From IMG/VR virus record IMGVR_UViG_3300031957_002643, positions 248,001-312,000 of that record: a DNA stretch of 64,000 nucleotides; one strand, 5' to 3'. Shown here piece by piece: positions 9,396 through 19,085 of this stretch (the stretch's first letter is position 1; each line of letters starts with the position of its first letter). A program made the translations under genes and the position numbers. The notes under the pieces are model-generated. The model searched no databases, had not been told where the DNA came from, and saw only the letters and a program-made list of their open reading frames with translations.

Positions 9396-9701
9396 GTGTT
9401 GCTCTTTTTGTTTTTCTTTTTGCGCGTCCTTGTGGTGATGATACTGGCATATCTAGCTGTTTCATTCTTGGTGCTAGCCATCCGTTTCCTTATTGATAAA
9501 GACCGAGTTCTTCATGAAATCGAATTGGCGAAACTAAAGAGAGACGGTAGAGTCATCAATGAGACGTATGTTGATTTGGATGGTTCCATTGTTTATCACA
9601 GAACGGTTGGTGCCAAACGAGAGTATAACAAAAAGAAAAAAGAATTGCGTAACAAAAGAAACTCTGCTATCAATAGAAGTCTTTGGGGAAGACGCCCATA
9701 A
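9396..9701 (+). CDS. Membrane-anchored basic protein
   Basis: N-terminal hydrophobic helix. Confidence 0.5.
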   Translation: MLLFLFFFLRVLVVMILAYLAVSFLVLAIRFLIDKDRVLHEIELAKLKRDGRVINETYVDLDGSIVYHRTVGAKREYNKKKKELRNKRNSAINRSLWGRRP

Positions 9702-9711
9702 ATAGAAATAT

Positions 9712-9787
9712 GCTCTCTTAGTTCAGTTGGCTAGAACGCGGCTTTGGTAAGGCTGAAACATTGGTTCGATCCCAATAGAGAGCACCA
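9712..9787 (+). tRNA. tRNA-Thr(GGT)
   Basis: Cloverleaf, loop TTGGTAA, CCA. Confidence 0.9.
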
Positions 9788-9851
9788 CTATTTTATGGGT
9801 TGACAAATGAATAATAACCGTGTAAAAGATAAGGTAACAGGGAGAACGACC

Positions 9852-9980
9852 ATGAACATTGTTGAACAAGTCATCGCTGCTACTGATATCGCTGAAGACG
9901 ACAACGCGATTGTCGAAACGCTCGATGCGGCTGATCTGATCGCTCGCAACGAACGCCTCATGGAGTCCATGGAAGACTAA
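9852..9980 (+). CDS. Small acidic peptide (42 aa), not in the ORF track
   Basis: GGGAGA SD, MNIVEQVIAATDIAEDDNAIVETLDAADLIARNERLMESMED; TTGACA promoter at ~9801. Confidence 0.65.
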   Translation: MNIVEQVIAATDIAEDDNAIVETLDAADLIARNERLMESMED

Positions 9981-9988
9981 ATACTTCC

Positions 9989-10381
9989 ATGAGAATTCAA
10001 GACCTTTACGAAACCAGTGGTTCAATTCAAAAGACCGAATTTACCAGCCGGTACAACAAAAATAAGAAATCACTTTCCAAGTCCGACAAGGTTCTATCCA
10101 AGAGTATTGTCGAACTAGAAACTCTTTTGGCCAAGGGCGAAAAAAGGCCATCCGAGGAAGATAATAAGCTTCAGTCGTATCGTCCCCATGCAATTCCTCA
10201 TATTCGATCCAAAAAAGGTAAAGCCCTCCTTGGTCCACACCAACAAGAGGGCTTTAAACTTTATCAGGCACATCTGAATTCACAGCAGAAAAAAGGCCGT
10301 TTTGTTATGGTCTATGGCGTGAAGGGAACAACATTACGTTTTGTCATTGTGGGAACACATGATGATACAACAGGCGGTTAA
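9989..10381 (+). CDS. YafQ/RelE-like protein with LxE leader
   Basis: FKLYQAHL...FVMVY...LRFVIVGTH resembles YafQ; starts MRIQDLYE; TAAATA upstream. Confidence 0.55.
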   Translation: MRIQDLYETSGSIQKTEFTSRYNKNKKSLSKSDKVLSKSIVELETLLAKGEKRPSEEDNKLQSYRPHAIPHIRSKKGKALLGPHQQEGFKLYQAHLNSQQKKGRFVMVYGVKGTTLRFVIVGTHDDTTGG

Positions 10382-10932
10382 TCATCAGGTTCATAGAAAT
10401 CAAGAACAAGCGATACAGGTTGACTTGATCCCGCAATATTCGTGATTTCGATATAATATAAAGTGTCATTTTTAAAGATAAATTCTTCAAACATACCAGA
10501 CGAATGACCAACCGATTGTGATCGTCCTATCCCGCCCGGTCCAAATTTATCATATAAAATAGTACCAACATCATCAACGGTTGGATTATACCTATATTCA
10601 CTGGTTGCAATATTTGATGAATACCTATTTCTATTAACAGGCACGACAGTGGTACCCACGTTCGTAAACGTAGTACCTTCAAATATGCGAAATCTAGCAT
10701 CACCACCGGTTTGCGCTTCCGCCCGGAGATGGATGCTCTGGCCGTTGGGATTAATGTACATACCAAGGGTGGAATTGTTATTTACAGAGATATCGACCCA
10801 GCTCACCGTATAGAAGATGCCATTATGAATAAGCGCATGAATTTCAGACATACAAATTAGATAATTAGATGTATCATCGACTCCCACGTTTATGCCGCCG
10901 TGTTGTCTGTTTGGAATATTAATGTTCGTCAT
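10378..10932 (-). CDS. Hypothetical beta-rich protein, possibly structural
   Basis: ORF track. Confidence 0.55.
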   Translation of the reverse strand: MTNINIPNRQHGGINVGVDDTSNYLICMSEIHALIHNGIFYTVSWVDISVNNNSTLGMYINPNGQSIHLRAEAQTGGDARFRIFEGTTFTNVGTTVVPVNRNRYSSNIATSEYRYNPTVDDVGTILYDKFGPGGIGRSQSVGHSSGMFEEFIFKNDTLYYIEITNIAGSSQPVSLVLDFYEPDD

Positions 10933-10939
10933 TTTGTGC

Positions 10940-11125
10940 CTAGTGTGCTTTTAATCTTTTGAATGTCATTGCCTTGATCGATGCTTTTTCGATTTTCCCT
11001 CGACCTCGCAAAAACACAAAACGTCCCTTATTGTCCTCAAATTGATCCACAAAGGAACACCCGTCTTTCAGTTTAACAAAGACGTGTGTTCCTTTTCTGA
11101 ATGACGTATGTGGACTACCAGCCAT
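10940..11125 (-). CDS. Small hypothetical protein (TAG stop)
   Basis: ORF track. Confidence 0.5.
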   Translation of the reverse strand: MAGSPHTSFRKGTHVFVKLKDGCSFVDQFEDNKGRFVFLRGRGKIEKASIKAMTFKRLKAH

Positions 11126-11364
11126 AACATTATTTAATGGTCATTGGGATTACTTCTGCGAATGTCTCGCCGTGGATGTTCTTCTGAGTATTATCCTTAG
11201 CATATCCATCCGCTACTTCAAAGTCCGTAAAGGCATGGCATTTTTGGGGAATAAGCGTTTTCCCTCTACCAGTACCGAAATCATAAACCAATACAGTGAA
11301 AATTCGTTGCATGATGTTCTCCTTCATCTTTTCTCTATAATAAGCGGTGTGTATAAATATGTGT

Positions 11365-11871
11365 ATGAAAATTGAAGCTCTTTTCGAAAACGAAGATCAC
11401 AAGCAATATCTCAGATCACTCGGATATCGTGTAGACAATCCGGGCGGTGAATGGTTAGAAAATGCTATTGATCGTTATGGTAGGCCTGCATATCCACGAG
11501 CTGCATCTGGAAAGAACACGGCAACCATTGGAATCTTCAAACCAGTAGAGGTCAACGTTTCTTACTTCATCAAATTTCGAGGCGAACTAGGCGAAGAAAA
11601 TTGGCGACACACCAGCACAAAACGCGAAGCTCTTGCGCGCTCAGTTGAAGAAAATGGCTGGAATGAGGAAGATGCCCATATCATGGTGTTCGTTGCATAT
11701 AATGGAACACCAACAATCGGAGAGGGCAATCACCGATTAGCGTATGCGTTTGATCATGGTATCGAATGGATTCGAGCAGATATTAGATATTTCAATGGTG
11801 GTGAAAGGCCTGATGGTCCATTGAACCCAAAAGACCTTTCACCAAAGATTATCCGGCCTCTTTCACAATAG
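11365..11871 (+). CDS. ParB/sulfiredoxin-like domain protein with LFE leader
   Basis: IGEGNHRL motif; starts MKIEALFENE after TATAAATA (11352-11359). Confidence 0.6.
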   Translation: MKIEALFENEDHKQYLRSLGYRVDNPGGEWLENAIDRYGRPAYPRAASGKNTATIGIFKPVEVNVSYFIKFRGELGEENWRHTSTKREALARSVEENGWNEEDAHIMVFVAYNGTPTIGEGNHRLAYAFDHGIEWIRADIRYFNGGERPDGPLNPKDLSPKIIRPLSQ

Positions 11872-12394
11872 CCCAATCGCGTGCCATGATTTCAAGCACA
11901 TCTCGGAACAATGATGGATGACCGTCCGTCAAGACACCAAGCATCTTGACTTTTTCTTTCATGTACAATGGCGCGAATGACGGATCGTTTTGAGCAATAT
12001 CTTTCAAATTGCTTTTCAGATCAGCAAGCTTGATCGTCTTGACCGGAATCGGTGCCTTCTTGATATGGGCGCGATCCATGGCTTTACGAACTCTACGTGG
12101 TTCGCTCGAACCAATACTGATGTTTGTCAGAAAATAAACATATTCAGCAATGGTCGGATTAAATTCACGTTTGATGTCGTCGTGTGTCCATTCCGTGTCT
12201 TCAACCACATCATGAAGATAAGCAGCAGCAACCATATCCTCAGAACCACCAAGGGCTTGAACATAACCTGCGACTTCTTCTACATGCGTGAAATAAGGTT
12301 CACCGGTATACTTTCGTTCGGTACCGGCGTGAGCGTCTTCTGCAACTAGACGGGCTTTTTCTACAATATTCATCATAAGAATATGATATGCCAT
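11849..12394 (-). CDS. HD-domain (p)ppGpp hydrolase-like protein (SpoT/Mesh1 type)
   Basis: AHAGTERKYTGEPYFTH...AAYLHDVVEDT and IKLADLKSNL motifs. Confidence 0.85.
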   Translation of the reverse strand: MAYHILMMNIVEKARLVAEDAHAGTERKYTGEPYFTHVEEVAGYVQALGGSEDMVAAAYLHDVVEDTEWTHDDIKREFNPTIAEYVYFLTNISIGSSEPRRVRKAMDRAHIKKAPIPVKTIKLADLKSNLKDIAQNDPSFAPLYMKEKVKMLGVLTDGHPSLFRDVLEIMARDWAIVKEAG

Positions 12395-12456
12395 AAAAAT
12401 CGAAAATACAATAGAAAATCACATTAAACATAAATACTTCGTGTCTGCGGAGTATA

Positions 12457-13020
12457 TTGAAGATGAAAAATATTTCAGCGTATATGAAACTGTCTTTAGA
12501 GGTTCGACAGCAACATTTGAATTTAAATGAGTCATGTATATATCGTGGCGGTTATTCATATCAATTTCGAGGATTATTGGCTCACTACTTGGATACCACC
12601 ATACCAAATGGTCATCAAGCTCATGCGGCTCACGCATGTCATGATAGTGAATGTTGCAATCCAAACCATTTATATTGGGCAACCGCAAGTGAAAATTGTA
12701 AAGATAAATTCTCATCTCCACAAGGAAAAGAACATAGAAAAATATTATCTGAAAAAATGTTAGGTGATAAAAATATAAATCATAACAAAAAGCCATGGCT
12801 GGTTACTAACGCCAAAATACATGGTTGGGCAAAAGCAGGAGACATATACAATCAGACTGTTATGAATGGTTGGGATTTTAATAAACACGGACAAGGCCCA
12901 TCATATTTGATAAATGAATTTGATTTGGCAATGGGAACCGCTAGAGCCATGGTTAGGATGTTCAAATCTGGGTGGAATCCGCACACTGATGGTGATTGGA
13001 AAAATAGGTTTACAGTTTGA
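12457..13020 (+). CDS. HNH (His-Cys box-type) homing endonuclease-like protein
   Basis: HACHDSECCNPNHLYWATASEN motif; AT-rich; directly upstream of tRNA-Leu. Confidence 0.75.
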   Translation: MKMKNISAYMKLSLEVRQQHLNLNESCIYRGGYSYQFRGLLAHYLDTTIPNGHQAHAAHACHDSECCNPNHLYWATASENCKDKFSSPQGKEHRKILSEKMLGDKNINHNKKPWLVTNAKIHGWAKAGDIYNQTVMNGWDFNKHGQGPSYLINEFDLAMGTARAMVRMFKSGWNPHTDGDWKNRFTV

Positions 13021-13048
13021 TCGATTTGTTCTATAAATAATAAATATC

Positions 13049-13133
13049 GCGGGTATGGCGGAACTGGTAGACGCGCGGGTTTTAGGTACCCGTTCCTTAA
13101 GGAGTGGGGGTTCGAGTCCCTCTACCCGCACCA
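13049..13133 (+). tRNA. tRNA-Leu(TAG)
   Basis: Cloverleaf, loop TTTAGGT, variable arm, A73, CCA. Confidence 0.93.
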
Positions 13134-13491
13134 AAACACAAACTAGGTCATTGCGCCATCATCCTCTTTGGAGGACATCCAAGGCCTTCGCGCCACTTTA
13201 TAAACACAAATCGGATGGGCCGATTGTGTTGATGTACGTGAGAGATATGAAAGAACAACAGAAAGAATTTTATGATCGATGTGCCGAATTGTTAGGTATT
13301 GATCATGAATACACTGAGCCGGTTCTCAAGAGAACCAGATGGAATTCCAGAAGAAATGGTAATGGTAGATATCCGGGTTTCGGATTGATCAGATGTTACG
13401 GTGACACCGTAGTCATTATCACTTCGAAATACGGAACAAAGACTTTTCCAAACTTTGATGAAGTTTATAAATTCTTAGAAGAAATAAACAA

Positions 13492-13761
13492 ATGAAAACG
13501 ACATTAACCTATCAGGAAAAACTGCATGCATCAGAAGTTGCTGATGATTTAATGTTTATGTTTACACCACTTGGAGTATACTTTACAGGTGGAGACCCAA
13601 CTAATGTTCGACCTGATCCATTTGAAGCCGCCAAAGAAGAATTAGCCGCTTTATATCATAGTGAACCTAATGCGAACGATGCGTTTTTTGCATATGCGTT
13701 ATTTTGTATAATTGATCGAGAGAAGAGATGCAAAAATGACGAAACACAAACCGATCAGTGA
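13492..13761 (+). CDS. Hypothetical protein
   Basis: ORF track. Confidence 0.5.
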   Translation: MKTTLTYQEKLHASEVADDLMFMFTPLGVYFTGGDPTNVRPDPFEAAKEELAALYHSEPNANDAFFAYALFCIIDREKRCKNDETQTDQ

Positions 13762-14128
13762 GGAGCTAGAATATACAGAGATGTATGATACTGTATCCGA
13801 ACTGGCTCGTTCATTTTTGACTAAAGATGTGTTAATGGATATTAATGGTGTCGATATTTTGACCATTGCGGTTTTGAAAGAAACCGATTACAGCGAAGGT
13901 GACATTCGTGATATTGTCGATAGCATTATTATGAGTGAGTTGGGTTATTGAACTGTGATACGGGATGCCCACTGTCTTGATACGTTTAGACGCTAGTCAC
14001 GTCGCGCAAAGATAAGCCACCGTAGGCCTACCTGAATTTGGGTGACTTCTTATTTGGGTCTCAGCAAAGGTCGTGAGTTATCTAATAGGTGCTCACACAT
14101 TTCTTGACATTCTATCATTTATAATGTA

Positions 14129-14500
14129 TTGTGTTCTAGAAAAATGGAGCACAATAAGATGGTTAATGAATACTCAAAAACACCAAATAAACGGCTGGAC
14201 AACAATCAGCGTCGAGCGGCGGCAGTCTTCCACTTCATCAAACGGTGCAAGCAGCGCGGCCTGAATATCATGGACCAGAAAATGGCCATGCGATTGAATG
14301 TTATGGCTTTGGGAAATAATGAAACGTATCTCACCAAAATCACTACACTCATAAATGGAACTGTTGTCTATGAAGTAAAATTCGAAGACAAGAAGTTTTA
14401 CCTGTATTACAAGCCAAGCATTTCTTCCTTCGTCACAGTACTGACAGAGGAAATGTTTTTGGAAAATATGAACAATGGAGAAGACGATGAAACTTTGTAA
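14129..14500 (+). CDS. Hypothetical protein with HFxxRxxQR motif
   Basis: ORF downstream of a TTGACA...TATAAT promoter. Confidence 0.55.
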   Translation: MCSRKMEHNKMVNEYSKTPNKRLDNNQRRAAAVFHFIKRCKQRGLNIMDQKMAMRLNVMALGNNETYLTKITTLINGTVVYEVKFEDKKFYLYYKPSISSFVTVLTEEMFLENMNNGEDDETL

Positions 14501-14665
14501 TAAATGTGAAGGCAGTGGAGGGTTGGTTTACCTTCGTTAAAGGGAAACCAAAATTTTCGAATTGCGATGAATGCAATGGTCATGGAACCGATGTTGCACC
14601 AACCAATTACGAAATACGATTGAATCGTAAACAATCGAAATTCATGAGCCGTCATAAATAACTGC

Positions 14666-15058
14666 ATGAAGATTGCAGATATTCAATACAAGTTCTTGAA
14701 GACAAAAGAGTTTGAGAAGCGGGGTCTACCACTGCCCCGCTTCTTCAATAATGTTCGAGACGCCTATAAAAGCGAAATCTACGGTGAGTTTGTAGCCTTA
14801 GCGCCAGATTATGATTGGGACAATCCTGTTCCAGAAAAAATCTACGGCTATATCGATTACACCATGGAAAAATCGGACAATATCACCCGCATCAATATGA
14901 TCGAAACCAATAAGCTCTATAAACGTATGGGTATTGGTGCCGAACTTATCCACCAGATGGCGCTAAACCATGAGACCAGTCTTGAACCAACACTGGCGAC
15001 CGAGGATGGTTCCAAATTGATTTCATTTTTACAGAAGCATGGATATTTTAAATCTTGA
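14666..15058 (+). CDS. GNAT-family acetyltransferase
   Basis: INMIETNKLYKRMGIGAELI acetyl-CoA-binding motif A. Confidence 0.7.
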   Translation: MKIADIQYKFLKTKEFEKRGLPLPRFFNNVRDAYKSEIYGEFVALAPDYDWDNPVPEKIYGYIDYTMEKSDNITRINMIETNKLYKRMGIGAELIHQMALNHETSLEPTLATEDGSKLISFLQKHGYFKS

Positions 15059-15096
15059 CATTATGGTCTATGTCATATCTATATAAATAGATGAAT

Positions 15097-15183
15097 GGAG
15101 GGTAGGTGAACGGGTGTTCTAACGTGTCTGGAAAGCACGCCCAACCTCATGGGTTGATGGTTCGAGTCCATTACCTTCCGCCA
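15097..15183 (+). tRNA. Allo-tRNA-like tRNA-Ser(GGA), 8/4 fold
   Basis: GGAGGGTA/TACCTTCC acceptor, ATGG/CCAT T-stem, CGTGT-CTGGAAA-GCACG, CAACC/GGTTG variable arm, G73, CCA; paralogue of 2713-2797. Confidence 0.8.
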
Positions 15184-15538
15184 AAATTAGGATTTGATAT
15201 GCCACGGCTTGTTGAAATTATGGAATATAATACGGATGCGCCAGACGTACTGCATCGTGTTATGGTTCCCACGATTTCAGAACAAGGTGGATATCGTTCT
15301 ATTTTAACCACAACAGCATTTGGTAATTTTTGGACGAATAAGAAATTTCCTTTTGATAAAAAGAAAAATCATTGCGTGCCCAAAATCATTTCCAAATGGT
15401 TTTCTGTCAGATTCATCCACCATGAATTTGAAAAGTTTGATCTATTATTGAAACCTACAATTCAAGAACATGTTTCCATTTGGGATTTCTATAAATCCAT
15501 CAATTGGGACTACAAGAAGAAAAAAATCATATGACCGT

Positions 15539-15613
15539 GGGCGTGTAGCTTAACGGTTAGAGCAACCACCTTATAAGTGGCAGATGAAGGTTCGATTCCT
15601 TCCACGCCAACCA
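15539..15613 (+). tRNA. tRNA-Ile(TAT)
   Basis: Cloverleaf, loop CTTATAA; G1.A72 and A27.C43 mismatches; CCA. Confidence 0.8.
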
Positions 15614-15669
15614 ACCTTGACAATTGAACTGATGCCCGTTATGGTGTTGACCAGTAACAGGAATTTCAT

Positions 15670-16203
15670 ATGTCTGCTCACAAGTTCGCAAACTTTACCG
15701 AAGATAGAGCACAAATTCAATATCTTCTCGAATTGATGCATTTTGTTCAAGGCGGCAGATGTATGATTTGTCGCGAACGATTAGACATTCCTAATCCCAA
15801 AACTGGTAAAAAGTTGGGTAACGGGAAAATTCGCTTAGAAGACCTCCCCGATCATCCAACCATCGATCATGTGATTCCCAAATGGGGAACTGAGGGCATC
15901 AATCATCTTGCAAATTACAGTTTGGTTCATAACAAATGTAACCATTCGAAAAGCAATCAGCGCCCTCCAAACGAGATGATTCATGAGGCCATTGAAAATT
16001 TCGGAACGCTGATTTCAATTTTACAAGTTCGTCAGAACATCTATGAAGCGGAATATTTGGAACTGAACGTTGCCGGACGAACAGTAATGACTAATCCATT
16101 TGACATCTACAATAAACGGATTCAAAAAAGAAGAATTCTTGTTACAGCAAAAGAACATTTCGATAAAATTGTAGCAGATCATCATGGTTTTGTAATAGGG
16201 TAA
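15670..16203 (+). CDS. HNH endonuclease
   Basis: CMIC...TIDHVIP...NYSLVHNKCNHSKSN. Confidence 0.8.
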   Translation: MSAHKFANFTEDRAQIQYLLELMHFVQGGRCMICRERLDIPNPKTGKKLGNGKIRLEDLPDHPTIDHVIPKWGTEGINHLANYSLVHNKCNHSKSNQRPPNEMIHEAIENFGTLISILQVRQNIYEAEYLELNVAGRTVMTNPFDIYNKRIQKRRILVTAKEHFDKIVADHHGFVIG

Positions 16204-16207
16204 CCCT

Positions 16208-17059
16208 GTGTCTTTTTCAGATGATATGAACATCGAAGTAATGTCGCTCATCATTGGTGATGATGCGAAATTTCAAGACATTTGTGATGATGTCACAGAA
16301 GCGGTGTTCGCTTACAGTCAATGGTCTCGGTCATATCCGCGAGAACAATCGTTTGAAGAGTATTACCCATCAGAACACGTCAAAGAATTCTATGGCGAAT
16401 CGGGTGGCGGCAAGCATTTGACCTATGATGCCGGGTTTGAACTCCATGTTAACAAATACATTTATGACATGGAAATATTTTTTGATGAACTCGAAGGGAT
16501 AACTGTAAATCGAATTGTTCCTCATTATTGCTCCTGTCCAAAGGACAAAAGAATTATTCCCTTGGATGTTGATGCGCTTTTGAATAAGCCAATCGAAACG
16601 ATGATCCGAGAAATGAGCACCGTTCATTATCTGGATGGTCATCCGGCAGCACGACACGCTGCGTATCGAAATTCTGAGAATGCTAATCTGCGTAATGAGA
16701 TTCGATTGGTTGGATTCCGTGAATATAGTGATTATTGGAAAACAGTATCCGATGATTTGTGTCAACGAAAACTTGGTGTCGCTCATCCTCATTTGAATTG
16801 GGAAAAAGTGTCTTTGGATGATATCGGCATGATGATTTTGAATATGGATACAACCATGTACACGGAAAATGGTTATTTTGCCAATCACTGGCAAAAGCTG
16901 AATACACTTCTTCGTGGCGTTTATGCAAATAATATCAACCAACTTCGCTCAACCATTCATTCTATCAACGGTCGATACAAAATCGTTCCGATTGAAGAAT
17001 CAGACAGACAAAGAATGATGCTACTAAATGCAGTTATTCCTTTAGAATTAGAGGGTTGA
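16208..17059 (+). CDS. Hypothetical protein
   Basis: 283-aa ORF. Confidence 0.6.
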   Translation: MSFSDDMNIEVMSLIIGDDAKFQDICDDVTEAVFAYSQWSRSYPREQSFEEYYPSEHVKEFYGESGGGKHLTYDAGFELHVNKYIYDMEIFFDELEGITVNRIVPHYCSCPKDKRIIPLDVDALLNKPIETMIREMSTVHYLDGHPAARHAAYRNSENANLRNEIRLVGFREYSDYWKTVSDDLCQRKLGVAHPHLNWEKVSLDDIGMMILNMDTTMYTENGYFANHWQKLNTLLRGVYANNINQLRSTIHSINGRYKIVPIEESDRQRMMLLNAVIPLELEG

Positions 17060-17109
17060 CTTGTTCGATTGATCCTGTTATTATGATTCTACCAATTGAG
17101 GATTAACAA

Positions 17110-17502
17110 ATGGCAGAGATGTGGGAAATCTTGGTTCCGACCGTCTTTAATGATGGCAGGCCTATCCGTACTCGGTACCACAGGAAGTGGGACGAAAAGG
17201 TTCGTGCCTTGACTGGTGGTATGACCATTCTCCCCGCAGCCAAAGGACAATGGGTGTCCAGTGATGGCAATCTCTTCAAAGAACGCATGATCCCCGTTCG
17301 CATCATGACCGAACGCAAGACCATGCAGGAAATCGCACAGATGACCATGGACCACTACGAGCAGTTGGCAGTCATGGTCTATCGTGTTTCTGATGATGCA
17401 TTCATTGTGAATGCCGATCCTGATATGACTGCTGCGTGGAAGAGCAAGAACAAAATCGGGATGAAAGATTATTCGTGGTTGGAGAATACAGATGAAGCGT
17501 GA
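17110..17502 (+). CDS. Hypothetical phage protein
   Basis: ORF with SD GAGG. Confidence 0.65.
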   Translation: MAEMWEILVPTVFNDGRPIRTRYHRKWDEKVRALTGGMTILPAAKGQWVSSDGNLFKERMIPVRIMTERKTMQEIAQMTMDHYEQLAVMVYRVSDDAFIVNADPDMTAAWKSKNKIGMKDYSWLENTDEA

Positions 17503-17833
17503 AGTTGAAAAACGGAGGGCTTATCTCAAAAGCCGTTCCAGACTGATCAAAGACAAAATCTACAAGAAAAATATCGAACTTCTGGAACGGCTGATCATCA
17601 ATAATGAACCTATTCCAGATTCGTTCCGGTCTCATCTGATCAAGCATCCGGCAAATCCGAAGGGGCGTGCAACCACATCATCATTTGGTCCGAACTGGCG
17701 CTTCTATCAGTGTCATGTTCCATCACAGTCAAATGGTGGCAAGACACAAATTATTTTGTGCTATGCAATCAATACTAAAGAAAACATGGTGTGCTTTGTT
17801 GCAACCGGCAATCACAAAGAAGTCAGCGGCTAA
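17492..17833 (+). CDS. YafQ/RelE-family toxin-like protein
   Basis: NNEPIPDSFRSH..FYQCHV..ILCYAI..FVATGNH matches the YafQ pattern (LP..YKDHPL..YRDAHV..ILIYKL..FERTGTH). Confidence 0.65.
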   Translation: MKREVEKRRAYLKSRSRLIKDKIYKKNIELLERLIINNEPIPDSFRSHLIKHPANPKGRATTSSFGPNWRFYQCHVPSQSNGGKTQIILCYAINTKENMVCFVATGNHKEVSG

Positions 17834-18237
17834 AGCTGATCAGCCAAATCGTTGAGTTCGGACTGTAGTCGATCACGAAGAGTGACGAGAGATTGATAAT
17901 CCTCGTCTTCCGTGTTCCCTTGGTTCACAGCCTTGTCAATAAGACCATTCAACCCATCAATATCATCTTGAAGCTGTGCCCTACGCTGCGCAATGTTGAT
18001 CAAGGTGATCGTCCATTCTTGAAGTTCGGTTTCTAACACGACCAACGATGCTTGGTCCTGAATTTCATTATCGTTTCTTACATATTCTTCAACATATTCT
18101 TCAACATAGCCTCTTGTCGCCGGAAAAAAATCCATCTGACGAATTGTCATATATCCACCGACGATGACCGTTAGTGAGCCAACTACACCTGCGATCAATC
18201 CAAGCTTTTTTTGCAGCGTTTGAAGAAACTTGTCCAT
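17830..18237 (-). CDS. Single-TM coiled-coil protein
   Basis: LGLIAGVVGSLTVIVGGY helix then heptad-rich region; TAAATA upstream. Confidence 0.6.
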   Translation of the reverse strand: MDKFLQTLQKKLGLIAGVVGSLTVIVGGYMTIRQMDFFPATRGYVEEYVEEYVRNDNEIQDQASLVVLETELQEWTITLINIAQRRAQLQDDIDGLNGLIDKAVNQGNTEDEDYQSLVTLRDRLQSELNDLADQL

Positions 18238-18279
18238 AATGAAACTTTCCGTTGAAAATATTTATCGGTTTGTTGTATT

Positions 18280-18669
18280 ATGAATGTCATGCGTGTTCTA
18301 GTGTGTGGTGGACGCGACTTTCATGATATTGAACTCGTGAATGTTGTGCTTGCCGAACTTGATAAATCGATTGGCATTACAACGATCATCCATGGCAAGG
18401 CCAAGGGTGCAGATACACTTGGTGGTGTTTGGGGCGAAGCAAATCAAAAAGAAATTTTAGTTTTTCCTGCTGATTGGAAAAAGCACGGTAAACGGGCCGG
18501 TCCAATTCGAAATCAACAGATGTTGGATGAGGGACATCCTGATCTGGTTGTGGCGTTTCCGGGTGGGAATGGAACAGAACATATGAAAAAAATATCTAGA
18601 CGAAGTAATGTTGATGTGATAGGTGTATCTGGAACAGCGCGAAAACCAATTCTAAAGGATTTCTTTTGA
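18280..18669 (+). CDS. SLOG-family (YspA/DUF2493-like) protein
   Basis: RVLVCGGRDF...IIHGKAKGAD...AGPIRNQQM...VVAFPGGNGT. Confidence 0.85.
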   Translation: MNVMRVLVCGGRDFHDIELVNVVLAELDKSIGITTIIHGKAKGADTLGGVWGEANQKEILVFPADWKKHGKRAGPIRNQQMLDEGHPDLVVAFPGGNGTEHMKKISRRSNVDVIGVSGTARKPILKDFF

Positions 18670-19085
18670 TGCCCGATTATCCCGTTCAGTACATTCTGAT
18701 GAGAAGCGATCTGGATTCAATGAATCCGGGCAAGGCAATGGCACAAGCTGCACATGCGTCAACCGTGATGACCCGTGCGTTTGAAAATACGCCATCTATG
18801 CCGCAGTATGATGATTATGTCGAATGGGTTAAAGCCACCAAGCAGGGCTTTGGGACGTGCATCGTTCTCGATGGCAAAAATGATGCTGTGTTGGATTACG
18901 TCACACGGGAAGCAATTCGCACCGGCATCTACGCTCAAATCATTCACGATCCGACTTATCCCGTTTCAGACGGTGGTGTTTGTCATCTGATCCCGGTTAA
19001 TACTTGTGTTGTTCTGTTTGGTATGAAATCACAGATGGACGCATTTTTTGGATCACTCATGATTAAATTGGAGCTTCACTCATGA
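18666..19085 (+). CDS. Peptidyl-tRNA hydrolase PTH2 family
   Basis: YILMRSDL..MNPGKAMAQAAHA; IIHDPT. Confidence 0.8.
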   Translation: MMPDYPVQYILMRSDLDSMNPGKAMAQAAHASTVMTRAFENTPSMPQYDDYVEWVKATKQGFGTCIVLDGKNDAVLDYVTREAIRTGIYAQIIHDPTYPVSDGGVCHLIPVNTCVVLFGMKSQMDAFFGSLMIKLELHS

